From: Tagaea sp. CACIAM 22H2 | GTDB taxonomy: Bacteria; Pseudomonadota; Alphaproteobacteria; CACIAM-22H2 | Assembly: GCA_014444615.1 (NCBI GenBank) | Contig: PVXE01000018.1 | Location: 246-64,245 of the forward strand | Length of the DNA: 64,000 bases | Reading direction: 5' to 3' | Part shown: positions 37,338-46,947 of the stretch, in pieces | Layout of the letters: every line of letters begins with the position of its first letter | How positions within the stretch are numbered: position 1 is the stretch's first letter | Translations under genes and position numbers: made by a program | The notes under the pieces: model-generated | Databases searched by the model: none | What the model was told of the DNA's origin: nothing | What the model saw: only the letters and a program-made list of their open reading frames with translations

Positions 37338-38360
37338 TTACGCTGGTAAGGCGCCCGGCGGGAACAAATGCCGGTTCACGCAATTGCGCAGCTTGCCCTT
37401 CTTGAGCCAGTCCCCGGCCGTGTCCGCCGCTTTATACCGCAGATCGTACCAGCTTTCGGGGCTGTAGAAAGCGGCATGCGGGGTCAAAATCAAGCGTCCC
37501 GCGAGCCAGGACGGCGGCACGCGATAGGCCGCGACCAGCGTGTCGTCGGGGTCCGGCGGTTCCTGCGGCAGCACGTCCAGCGCCGCGCCGCCGATCGCCC
37601 CGGCCTCAATTCCGCGCAGCAGAGCATCGGTATCGACGATGGGCCCGCGCGCCGTGTTGATCAGGATCGCGCCTTTTTTGAGCCGTGCAAGAGTCGATTC
37701 CCCGAACATTCCGTGCGTTTCGCGGGTCAGCGGGCAATGGATCGAGACGATGTCCGATTGCGCCAGCATCTCGCCCAGATCGGCGAAGCGCAAATAGGGC
37801 TGTGCGGCGGGTTCGTCGACCGGCAGATAGGGATCGTAGAACCCGACATCGAAGCCCAAAGCCTTCGCGCGCGCAGCGGCGGCTTGGCCGATCCGCCCCA
37901 GTCCGACGATGCCGAAAGCCTGGCCGGTCAAGCGGCGCACCAACGGCGCCACGTTCCACTGCCAGCCCGCGACGGGGTCGAGCGACAGCATTTCGGTATA
38001 GGTCGGCAAACCCCGGCGCAGGCTGAGCGCGCAGGCGATCGCGTGGTTCGCGACTTCCTCGATCCCATAATCCGGCACGTTGCAGACGGGGATATTGCGC
38101 TCGGCGAAGGCTTCCAGATCGACCTTGTCGTAGCCCACGCCATGGCGCACGACGATCCGGCAGCGCGTGAGCTTGCGCGCGACGACGCGGTCGAGCGGCA
38201 TGTCTTGCCAGACCAGCACGCCATCGGCCGACGACCACACCGAATCCGGGATCTGCAACGGATCGCGCGCGCGATGGATGATGAACTCGGCCTCCGGCAG
38301 CGCCGTGCGTTCGACATCGGGGTCGAGGGCGAATTGCGCGTCGGGGACCAGGATCTTCAT
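37338..38360 (-). CDS. D-2-hydroxyacid dehydrogenase (CtBP-like)
   Basis: GVGYD, GLGRIG, INTARG and TPHAAFYS. Confidence 0.92.
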   Translation of the reverse strand: MKILVPDAQFALDPDVERTALPEAEFIIHRARDPLQIPDSVWSSADGVLVWQDMPLDRVVARKLTRCRIVVRHGVGYDKVDLEAFAERNIPVCNVPDYGIEEVANHAIACALSLRRGLPTYTEMLSLDPVAGWQWNVAPLVRRLTGQAFGIVGLGRIGQAAAARAKALGFDVGFYDPYLPVDEPAAQPYLRFADLGEMLAQSDIVSIHCPLTRETHGMFGESTLARLKKGAILINTARGPIVDTDALLRGIEAGAIGGAALDVLPQEPPDPDDTLVAAYRVPPSWLAGRLILTPHAAFYSPESWYDLRYKAADTAGDWLKKGKLRNCVNRHLFPPGALPA

Positions 38361-39249
38361 CGTTTGAGCAGCCCGCCGCGTTGGCGATGGCATAAAGGCC
38401 GGCGGCCGAGGCGTGCTCGCCGTTCACGGCGGCGGCTTCCACATTCGCCATCGCCAGCGCCACGGCGTAATTCTGCACGAGCGGCCCGGCCCCCACGACG
38501 ACGACGCGCGCGGGCTTGCACCATTCCTTCGCCGCCGCGATTTCGTGCGCGATCAGCAAGCCCGACAGATAGGACGGCGCTTCGGCCGGCTTCAGCCCTT
38601 CGAGCAGCGCGGTCGTGCGGACCATGAACAGGTGATTGAGCAATCCGCCCGGTCCTTGCGCGCGCACGAAACCCTTGGCGAACGCCGCGGGATCGTGCGT
38701 CGCATCGACCATCGAACGGCCAAGGATCGTGTGCTTGCGCGCCGTCGCGAAAAGCTCGCCGGTCATGAACGTGGCGAAGCGCTGAATGCGCCCGCCTTCG
38801 ACGATCGCCCATTTCGAATGCGTGCCCGGCAGGCAATAAACGCCGTCGCCAAGCCCCGTGCCGACGAGCTGCGTTTCCTCGCCGCGCATCACATCGGGCC
38901 CGCCCGCCCCTTGGCAGCGCAGGCCCGGCACGATGCGGATATCGAAATGCGGATCGGGCGCCACCGCCAGGCCCGAAGCGAGTTCGGCGGCCGAAGCGGG
39001 ACACTTGACGTAGGGCGCTTCGATCCAGCCTTGCGCCGAGCCGACCATGCCGCACATCAGCGCGGTCGGGCGCGACGGATCGTTCATCCAATCGCCGACC
39101 ACGTCGCGGAAGGCGCCGGCGAAATTGGCGTTCTTGATCGACTGCAAGCCCAAGGGCCGTTCGCGCCGGTCCAGCATCGTGCCGTCGGCGGCGATCCGGA
39201 AGGCGCGCAGATTGGTGGTACCCCAATCGAGGGCGACGAATCCGCTCAT
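38357..39249 (-). CDS. dgoK: 2-dehydro-3-deoxygalactonokinase with an apparent 1-nt deletion near its 3' end
   Basis: DWGTTNLR, GMVGSAQGW, DVMRGEETQ, PGTHSKW and FMTGELF. The frame misses the expected stop and reads on to 37606. Confidence 0.88.
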
Positions 39250-40409
39250 TTTAGCAAAGGCTCCAGTCGGTCGAGGGCGGTTTCGAGTTTATCGTGCCCG
39301 ATGGCGAAGCATAGCCGCACCCAGCCCTCGCCCTCCGGGCCGAAAGCGCGGCCGGGGGCCAGGCCCACATTCGCCTCGCGCACCACGCGTTTGCAGAATT
39401 CGACCGAGTCGGTCATCCCCTGCACTTGGAAGAAGGAATAGAACGCGGCTTGCGCGCGCGCCGTGCGAACCTTCGGGAATTTCGTCAGGCGGTTATGCAC
39501 GATATCGCGCGCCTTGGCGTAATGCGCGCGAAGGTCGCGCACGAAATCCTCCTGCTGCAGCGCGACGATGCCCGCGCGTTGCGTCATCGTGTTGGCGCCG
39601 GAGGTATTGAACTCGATGATCTTGCCCAGCGTGTCGACGACGCCTTCGGGGGCCACCAGCCAGCCCATGCGCCAGCCGGTCATGCACCAGCTTTTGGAGA
39701 ACGAGTTGACGCTGATCACCGGATCGCCAGGTTGTGCGAAATCCAAGAGCGAGGGCGCGTAGTCGCCGTCATAGACCAGGCGTTCGTAAACGTCGTCGCC
39801 GATCGCCCATATGTTCCGCGCGCGGCAGAATTCGACGACGGCTTTGAGCTCGTCTTTGGTGGCAAGCCAGCCCGTGGGATTGCCCGGCGAATTCAGGAAA
39901 ATCGCCTTGGTGCGCGCATCGCAGGCCGCGAACAGTCTGTCGAGATCAAGCGACCAGCCGGCGTTGTCGGTGAAGCGCAAGGCGACGCGCCGCACTTCGC
40001 CGTTCAGGTGATCGCACGCATCGGCCGCGTTGGGCCACAACGGCACGGCGAACACGACATTGTCGCCGGGATCGACGATCAGCTGCATCGCCATCTGGAT
40101 CGCCGAATTGCCCGACGACGTGACCGCGATGCGCTCGGGCCCGATCTTCAGCCTGCGCAGGCGCGACACGTAAGCCGCGATCGCTTCACGCAATTCGCTG
40201 CGGCCCAGGCTCGACGAATAATAGTGATAGCCCTGGTCGAGCGCCTCGTGCGCCGCCGTCACCACCGCGGGTGCGGGCGGGCGATCTCCCTCGCCGAACC
40301 ACAGCGGAATCAAGCCGGGCTTATCCATCGCGTCTTTGGAGACTTCGCGGATCAGCGAGCCGAGCAGGTTCTCGGATTTCGGACGCAGCGGGAAATTCGG
40401 CATGGACAC
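39246..40409 (-). CDS. PLP-dependent class I/II aminotransferase
   Basis: NSPGNPTG, DDVY and NSFSKSWCMTGWRMG. Confidence 0.93.
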   Translation of the reverse strand: MSMPNFPLRPKSENLLGSLIREVSKDAMDKPGLIPLWFGEGDRPPAPAVVTAAHEALDQGYHYYSSSLGRSELREAIAAYVSRLRRLKIGPERIAVTSSGNSAIQMAMQLIVDPGDNVVFAVPLWPNAADACDHLNGEVRRVALRFTDNAGWSLDLDRLFAACDARTKAIFLNSPGNPTGWLATKDELKAVVEFCRARNIWAIGDDVYERLVYDGDYAPSLLDFAQPGDPVISVNSFSKSWCMTGWRMGWLVAPEGVVDTLGKIIEFNTSGANTMTQRAGIVALQQEDFVRDLRAHYAKARDIVHNRLTKFPKVRTARAQAAFYSFFQVQGMTDSVEFCKRVVREANVGLAPGRAFGPEGEGWVRLCFAIGHDKLETALDRLEPLLK

Positions 40410-40486
40410 GCGGGGGCCAGGGTCGGCGGGAACGGGCCCTTCTTATAGGGCTCCATCCCCCGCCCCAACAACCCCCGGCGCCGGAT

Positions 40487-41107
40487 TTAGCGTTCGGTCA
40501 GCGCCAGTTTGGCGCCCAACAGGGCGAAAGTCGCGGCAAAGCCCCGGCGCATCCAAGCAAGCACCGCGGGCCGGGTCAAAATCCGGTCGCGCACCGCCGC
40601 CGCGAACAGGCCGTAGAGCGCGAACACGGCGAAAGTCATCGCCATGAATACCGCACTCATGCCCAGCATCTGCCCGACCGCGCCGGGCGCATCGGCGGCG
40701 ACGAATTGGGGCAGAAAGGCGAAGAAGAAGATCGAGAGCTTGGGATTGAGCAGATTGATCGCCACCGCTTCCAAGGTCACGGCCAGGAAGCCTTGGCGCG
40801 CACTGCGGCCCGCGGTCAGGCTGAGCGCGCCCTTGTCGCGCCAGGTCTGCCACGCCATCCACAGCAGATAAACGACGCCCGCGTATTTCACGACATCGAA
40901 GGCGAGCGCGCTGGCGTGCAGCAACGCGGCAAGGCCGGTGATCGCCGCCAGCATATGCGGCACAATCCCGAGTGTGCAGCCGAACGCGGCCACCACGCTC
41001 GCCTTGCCGCCGCGCGCCAATCCGGCGGCAACGGTGTAGATCATGCCCGTGCCGGGCGTGGCCACGACGACGAGCGCCACGATCAGGAATTCGGCGCTCA
41101 TCGTCAT
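40487..41107 (-). CDS. LysE/RhtB-family exporter
   Basis: TPGTG and NLLNPK..FF.AFLPQF. Confidence 0.92.
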   Translation of the reverse strand: MTMSAEFLIVALVVVATPGTGMIYTVAAGLARGGKASVVAAFGCTLGIVPHMLAAITGLAALLHASALAFDVVKYAGVVYLLWMAWQTWRDKGALSLTAGRSARQGFLAVTLEAVAINLLNPKLSIFFFAFLPQFVAADAPGAVGQMLGMSAVFMAMTFAVFALYGLFAAAVRDRILTRPAVLAWMRRGFAATFALLGAKLALTER

Positions 41108-41119
41108 GGTGCGTTCCCC

Positions 41120-42862
41120 TTAGTGGCTTTCGCGGCCGATCGGCGCGCCGGAATTTCCGACCAGGAAATCGAGATCCACGCCCGTGTCGGCCTGGGTCAC
41201 ATGGTCGACGTAGAGCTTAACCCAGCCGCGCGCTTCGTGCACGGGCGGGCCCTTCCACTGCTTGCGGCGCTTTTCGAGCTCGGCGTCGGAAACATGCATC
41301 TTCAACAGGCGCTTGGACACGTCGAGTTCGACGATGTCGCCGCTTTTGATCAGCGCCAGCGGGCCGCCGGCGGCGGCTTCCGGGGCCGTGTGCAGCACGA
41401 CCGTGCCATAGGCCGTGCCCGACATGCGCGCGTCCGAGATGCGCACCATATCGGAGACGCCCTGCTTCAGCAGCTTCTGCGGCAGAGCGAAATTGCCGAC
41501 TTCCGGGAAGCCCGGATAGCCCTTCGGCCCGCAATTCTTCAGCACCAGGATGCAGTTCTTGTCGACGTCCAGCTTGGGATCGTCGATGCGGCGGTTGTAG
41601 TCGTCGATATCCTCGAACACCACCGCACGACCCTTGTGCTTCATCAAGGCGGGCGTGGCGGCGGACGGCTTCAGCACGGCGCCGTTGGGGGCGAGATTGC
41701 CGCGCAGCACCGCGATGCCGCCCTGCTTCTTGAACGGCTTCTTGCGCGGCGTGATGACCTTCTCGTTCCAGTTCTTGGCGTCCTTGACGTTTTCCCAGAT
41801 CGTCTTGCCGTTGACGGTCAGCGCCTTCTTGTGGAGCTTGTCGCCCATCTCGCGCAGCACCACGGGCAAGCCGCCGGCGTAGTAGAAATCCTCCATCAGG
41901 TATTTGCCCGACGGCATCAGATCGACGAGGCAAGGCACCTCGCGGCCCAGACGGTCCCAATCGGCGAGCGTGAGGTCCACACCCATGCGGCCGGCGATGG
42001 CCAGCAAATGCACGACCGCGTTGGTCGAGCCGCCGATGGCGCCGTTGGCGACGATCGCGTTCTCGAACGCTTCCTTGGTCAGCACCTTCGAGAGTTTGAG
42101 GTTCTCCTTCACCATTTCGACCGCGCGCCGCCCGGTCATATGGGCGAGCACTTTGCGGCGGGAATCGGCCGCCGGAATCGCGGCGTTGGTCGGCAGCGCC
42201 AGGCCCAACGCCTCCATCATCGACGCCATGGTCGACGCGGTGCCCATCGTCATGCAGTGGCCGACGGAACGCGACATGCAGGCTTCCGCCTCGATCATGT
42301 CGTTCGTGTCCATCTCGCCCTTCTTCATCAACTCGGTGAATTTCCACACATGCGTGCCCGAGCCAATCTGCTGGTCGCGCCAGCGGCCGTTGAGCATCGG
42401 CCCGCCCGACAGCGCGATGGTCGGCAGATCGCACGACGCCGCCCCCATGACGAGGGCCGGCGTGGTCTTGTCGCAGCCCACCAGCAGCACGACGCCGTCG
42501 ATCGGATTGCCGCGGATCGATTCCTCGACGTCCATCGAAGCGAGATTGCGGAACAGCATCGTCGTCGGGCGCATCAGCGTTTCGCCCAGGCTCATCACCG
42601 GGAATTCCAGCGGGAACCCGCCCATTTCCAGCACGCCGCGCTTCACGCTTTCGGCCAGATCGCGGAAATGCGCGTTGCAGGGCGTCAGTTCCGACCAGGT
42701 GTTGCAGATGCCGATGACCGGGCGGCCGTCGAACATGTGATGCGGCAAGCCCTGATTCTTCATCCAAGAACGATGCATCAGCCCGTCGCGGTCGGTGCGG
42801 CCGAACCATTCCTTGGAACGCAGTTCGCCTTTTTTGAAATGACGTTTTTTCGTGTCGGCCAT
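41120..42862 (-). CDS. IlvD/Edd-family sugar-acid dehydratase (L-arabinonate dehydratase-like)
   Basis: SELTPCN, GCDKT, GHCMTMGTAS and SDARMSGT; ends RESH. Confidence 0.92.
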   Translation of the reverse strand: MADTKKRHFKKGELRSKEWFGRTDRDGLMHRSWMKNQGLPHHMFDGRPVIGICNTWSELTPCNAHFRDLAESVKRGVLEMGGFPLEFPVMSLGETLMRPTTMLFRNLASMDVEESIRGNPIDGVVLLVGCDKTTPALVMGAASCDLPTIALSGGPMLNGRWRDQQIGSGTHVWKFTELMKKGEMDTNDMIEAEACMSRSVGHCMTMGTASTMASMMEALGLALPTNAAIPAADSRRKVLAHMTGRRAVEMVKENLKLSKVLTKEAFENAIVANGAIGGSTNAVVHLLAIAGRMGVDLTLADWDRLGREVPCLVDLMPSGKYLMEDFYYAGGLPVVLREMGDKLHKKALTVNGKTIWENVKDAKNWNEKVITPRKKPFKKQGGIAVLRGNLAPNGAVLKPSAATPALMKHKGRAVVFEDIDDYNRRIDDPKLDVDKNCILVLKNCGPKGYPGFPEVGNFALPQKLLKQGVSDMVRISDARMSGTAYGTVVLHTAPEAAAGGPLALIKSGDIVELDVSKRLLKMHVSDAELEKRRKQWKGPPVHEARGWVKLYVDHVTQADTGVDLDFLVGNSGAPIGRESH

Positions 42863-42902
42863 GGTTTCCCCCGGAAAATTCGGTCGCAATCCTAATCCGG
42901 CA

Positions 42903-42915
42903 TTCATCGTATGAA
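42903..42915. promoter_or_regulatory. Palindromic operator candidate
   Basis: TTCAT-CGT-ATGAA between the divergent dehydratase and glycosyltransferase genes. Confidence 0.45.
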
Positions 42916-42954
42916 AAGAGGCGTCGTGCGACTCGTGTTAGGGTCGCCCCCGCC

Positions 42955-44058
42955 ATGCGAATCGCCTTCGTCAATCCGAACCTGTCGCACGATTACGACG
43001 CCGATACGCCGTTCGAGGCGCCGTTGCCCGGCTCCGAATCGGCACAGGTCTATCTCGCACTTGCGTTGGCGGCGCGCGGCCACGACGTCGTGCTGTTCAC
43101 CGGCACGACGCGCGGGGACCGGCGCCTGCGCGGACTCGGCCAGGCGCGCTGGACCGGCGCGTTACCCGGCGACTGGGACGCGATTTTCGTGACCTCGGCG
43201 CCCGAACTCGTGCCCGCCTTGCGCGCCGCCCACCCGAACCCGCCGATTTTCGCCTGGGCGCATAACGTGTTCGTGCCCGGCACCGAGGAAGACGCCGCAT
43301 TGAAGGCCATCGCAGGCCCGCGCGACCGCATCGTTTGCGTGTCGAACTGGCACAAAACGAATTTCACCGATTACGGCGTCGCCGCGGATCGCATCGTGGT
43401 GCTCGGCAACGCGATCGGTCCGGCCTTCGAGAATATGTTCGCCCCCGGCGAGAGCATCGTCGCGGCCAAAGCCCGGCCGCCGCGCGCTTCGTTCACGTCG
43501 GTACCCTATAAGGGCCTGAAGCAAGCGCTCGCCTTCTTCAAGGATCTGCGCGCGGCGCGCGCCGACATCTCGCTAGACGTGTTTTCGAGCTTCGATTTCT
43601 ACCCGGCCAATAATTTCTTCCGCCATCAGCCCAGCTGGAAATTCCTGGCGCAGGAGGCGAAGAACGCGCCCGGCGTCGTCTCGCACGGCAATGTGCCGCA
43701 AGCCGAACTCGCCAAGGCGTTGAAAGCCTCGCTGCTGCTGTTCTATCCGAACGTCGCCGCCGAAACCGCGTCGATCGCGACGATGGAGGCGATGGCGGCG
43801 GGTTGCGTGGTCATCACCACGGCCTTGGGCGCCTTGCCGGAGACGACGGGGGAGTTCGGCATCCTCGCCCCCGTGGTCGACAAAAACATCGACCCTCAGG
43901 CCTATGTGAATGCTGCCAGCGCTATCATCGACGCGTTCGCGCAAAACAACCCGGCTTTGGATGCGCGGCTGCGCCTGCAGGTCGATTGGGTCAACCGCAC
44001 CTATCGCTGGTCGGCGCGCGCCGCGCAGGCCGAGGCGATGATCGGAGGGATCGCATGA
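42955..44058 (+). CDS. GT4-family glycosyltransferase
   Basis: PGSES N-terminal motif; ETASIATMEAMAAG E-x7-E motif; GALPET. Confidence 0.9.
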   Translation: MRIAFVNPNLSHDYDADTPFEAPLPGSESAQVYLALALAARGHDVVLFTGTTRGDRRLRGLGQARWTGALPGDWDAIFVTSAPELVPALRAAHPNPPIFAWAHNVFVPGTEEDAALKAIAGPRDRIVCVSNWHKTNFTDYGVAADRIVVLGNAIGPAFENMFAPGESIVAAKARPPRASFTSVPYKGLKQALAFFKDLRAARADISLDVFSSFDFYPANNFFRHQPSWKFLAQEAKNAPGVVSHGNVPQAELAKALKASLLLFYPNVAAETASIATMEAMAAGCVVITTALGALPETTGEFGILAPVVDKNIDPQAYVNAASAIIDAFAQNNPALDARLRLQVDWVNRTYRWSARAAQAEAMIGGIA

Positions 44059-44414
44059 TCGCGGTGATTTTCGAGGTGCGCCCCGCCGAAGGGCGCAAGC
44101 AGGATTATCTCGACTTCGCCGCCGCCTTGCGCGCCGATCTGATGGCGAGCGACGGCTTCATCTCGGTCGAGCGATTCCAGAGCCTGACCGACGACGGCAA
44201 AATGCTGTCGCTGTCCTTCTGGCGCGACGAGGCCGCCGTGCAGGCGTGGCGAAACCGCCCCGGCCACCGTGCAGCGCAGGCCGCCGGACGCACCGGCATT
44301 TTCGCCGATTACCGTTTGCGCGTGGCGGGCGTGATTCGCGATTACGGCCTGAACGTGCGCGATCAGGCGCCGGCGGATTCCCGCGCGGCGCACGATCCCG
44401 GTTTCACGCTTTAG
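44055..44414 (+). CDS. Antibiotic biosynthesis monooxygenase (ABM) family protein
   Basis: MIAVIFEV, GFISVERF, SLSFWRDE and HRAAQ. Confidence 0.92.
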   Translation: MIAVIFEVRPAEGRKQDYLDFAAALRADLMASDGFISVERFQSLTDDGKMLSLSFWRDEAAVQAWRNRPGHRAAQAAGRTGIFADYRLRVAGVIRDYGLNVRDQAPADSRAAHDPGFTL

Positions 44415-45267
44415 CGGCCAGTGCCGCGCGCCGCATCGCGACGATGCCGCAAATGCAGATCAGCGTGGCGCCAACCACCGTCCATTGGCCGGGCACATCG
44501 CCATAGACGAGCCAGCCCAGCAGCGTCGCGAAAACCACCAGCAGGTAGTTATAGGGTTGAAGGTCGCTGGCCGGCGCCAGCGCCAGCGCCCGGATCACGC
44601 AGATATGCGCGAGGCCCCCGAGTGCCCCGCCCAGAATCAGCCAGAACCAGCCGATCGCGTCGGGCGCGCGCCAATCGAAATAGGCGAGTACGGCGGCGAT
44701 GACGAAGCCGACGATCGGCGTGTGCAGTGTCGTCACGTCGGTCGAATCCTTGCTGGCGATCATGCGCGTCAGCGCCTGATACAGGCCCCAAGTGGCCGTC
44801 GCGGCGACGGCGATCCACATCGCGGGGCCGAGATTCTGGAAGGCCGGCCCGATCACCAGCAGCGCGCCAATCAACCCGCCGGCGACCAGGCCCCAGCCGA
44901 TCGGATCGACTTTCTCTTTGAGGAAGATCGCCGCCGCCGCCGTGGCGAACAACGGCGCCGACGCCGCGACCGCGTGGACTTCGGCCAGCGGCAGATATTT
45001 GAACGAGAGGATGAAACACACCATCTCGACCAGCAGCACGAAGGTGCGCAGCGCCTGCCACCAGGGCGCGCGGCTTTCCAGCACCAGCCAAGGCCCGCGC
45101 TTGGCGATCAGGCACGCGATCGCGATGAACACCACGAAGCGGATCGCCATGATCTGCTGGATCGCGTAGCCCTGCGTCAGCGATTTGTTCAGCGCGTCCA
45201 TCGACGCGAAAAACGCCATCGCCGCGATCATCAGGAAGACCGCGCGCAGGCCGTCGGATCGCGGCAT
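44404..45267 (-). CDS. DMT/EamA-family transporter
   Basis: About 10 TM helices, LPLAE and FLKEKV; TGATG coupling to fhs. Confidence 0.88.
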   Translation of the reverse strand: MPRSDGLRAVFLMIAAMAFFASMDALNKSLTQGYAIQQIMAIRFVVFIAIACLIAKRGPWLVLESRAPWWQALRTFVLLVEMVCFILSFKYLPLAEVHAVAASAPLFATAAAAIFLKEKVDPIGWGLVAGGLIGALLVIGPAFQNLGPAMWIAVAATATWGLYQALTRMIASKDSTDVTTLHTPIVGFVIAAVLAYFDWRAPDAIGWFWLILGGALGGLAHICVIRALALAPASDLQPYNYLLVVFATLLGWLVYGDVPGQWTVVGATLICICGIVAMRRAALAAKA

Positions 45268-46925
45268 CAAAATATCCCGTCGATCTCGCCCTCGGGCGTC
45301 AGGCCGATCGCTTCGGCGGCCGGGATTTTCGGCAAACCCGGCATGGTCATCACGTCGCCCGCCAGCGCCACGACGAAACCCGCCCCGGCGGACAAGCGCA
45401 CTTCGCGCACCGGCAGCGTGTGGCCGGTGGGCGCCCCCTTCAACTCCGGATCGGCGGAGAAGGAATACTGCGTCTTCGCCATGCAGACCGGGAATTTGCC
45501 GAAGCCCGCTTCTTCGATGGCTTTGAGGCGCTTGGACGCGGCCGACGCGAAGCTGACGCCCGACGCGCGATAGATTTCGCGCGCGATGGTCTCGATCTTG
45601 GTTTTGAGCGGGGCGTCGTCGGGATAAAGGAATTTGAACTTCGCTTCGCCCTTGTCGATCTGGGCGACGGCTTCGCACGCGAGCTCTTCCGCCCCCGCAC
45701 CGCCATCGGCCCAATGCTTGGCGCGGATCGCCTTGGTGCCGGCCGCCGCGCAGGCCTTTTCAATCGCCGTCCATTCGGCGGCGGTGTCCGACGTGAAGGC
45801 GTTGATCGCGACCAGCACGGGAAGCCCGAATTTCTTCAAATTCTCGACATGGCGCAGCAAATTGGCGAGGCCCTTCTCGACCGCGCCGACGTCTTCGCGC
45901 GTCAGTTCCTTGGCATCCGCGCCGCCTTGCAGCTTCAAGGCGCGCACCGTGGCCACCACGACCGCGAGATCGGGCGTCAGACCCGCTTGGCGGCATTTGA
46001 TGTCGAGGAATTTCTCGGCGCCGAGATCCGCGCCGAAGCCGGCCTCCGTGACCACGTAATCGGCGAGCGACAAGGCCGTCGTCGTCGCGGCGACCGAGTT
46101 GCAGCCATGCGCGATATTCGCGAACGGCCCGCCATGGACGAGGACGGGATTGCCTTCCAGCGTTTGCACCAGATTGGGCTTGATCGCGTCCTTCAGCAGC
46201 GCGGCCATGGCACCCTGCGCTTTCAGGTCGGCGGCGGTGACATAGCCGCCTTCCTTGCGCTCGGCGACGACGACGCGCGACAGACGCGCCTGCAGATCCG
46301 CCATATCCTTGGCGAGGCAGAAAATCGCCATCACCTCCGACGCGGTCGTGATGTCGAAACGGCCCTGGCGCACGGCGCCGTTGCCCGCCCCTAAACCCAT
46401 CACCAGATCGCGCAGCGACCGGTCGTTCATATCCATCACGCGCGGCCACACGACGCGCTTGGGATCGATCGCGGGTGCTTTGCCCCAATAGACGTGATTG
46501 TCGATCAGTGCCGCGAGCAGATTATGCGCCGTGCCGATCGCGTGGATGTCGCCGGTGAAATGCAGATTGATGTCGGCCATCGGCACGATCTGGGCGTGGC
46601 CGCCGCCGGTCGCCCCGCCCTTCTGACCGAAGCAGGGGCCGAGCGAAGGCTCGCGCAACGCGATCGCCGTACGTTTGCCAATACGGTTGAGCGCGTCGCC
46701 CAAACCGATCGTCGTGGTCGTCTTGCCTTCGCCTGCTTTGGTTGGGTTGATGGCGGTGACGAGGATCAGTTTGCCGCGCTTGCCCGATTTGGGCAGCAGG
46801 CCGGTATCGATTTTCGCCTTGGCGCGGCCGTAGGGCTCGATCGCCGCTTCGGGAATGCCGATCTTGGCGGCGACTTCCGCGAGCGGGCGCAACGTCGCCT
46901 TGCGGGCGATCTCGATATCGGACAT
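45267..46925 (-). CDS. fhs: Formate--tetrahydrofolate ligase
   Basis: [26 protein letters not shown] and [10 protein letters not shown]. Confidence 0.97.
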   Translation of the reverse strand: MSDIEIARKATLRPLAEVAAKIGIPEAAIEPYGRAKAKIDTGLLPKSGKRGKLILVTAINPTKAGEGKTTTTIGLGDALNRIGKRTAIALREPSLGPCFGQKGGATGGGHAQIVPMADINLHFTGDIHAIGTAHNLLAALIDNHVYWGKAPAIDPKRVVWPRVMDMNDRSLRDLVMGLGAGNGAVRQGRFDITTASEVMAIFCLAKDMADLQARLSRVVVAERKEGGYVTAADLKAQGAMAALLKDAIKPNLVQTLEGNPVLVHGGPFANIAHGCNSVAATTTALSLADYVVTEAGFGADLGAEKFLDIKCRQAGLTPDLAVVVATVRALKLQGGADAKELTREDVGAVEKGLANLLRHVENLKKFGLPVLVAINAFTSDTAAEWTAIEKACAAAGTKAIRAKHWADGGAGAEELACEAVAQIDKGEAKFKFLYPDDAPLKTKIETIAREIYRASGVSFASAASKRLKAIEEAGFGKFPVCMAKTQYSFSADPELKGAPTGHTLPVREVRLSAGAGFVVALAGDVMTMPGLPKIPAAEAIGLTPEGEIDGIF

Positions 46926-46947
46926 CGGATGCGTTTCCTTCGTTGTC

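Noticed and set aside
40271..42895. 874-aa plus-strand ORF and many similar long Arg/Ala-rich ORFs
   Set aside because: Antisense or off-frame shadows of well-supported genes, expected in high-GC DNA with few stop codons.
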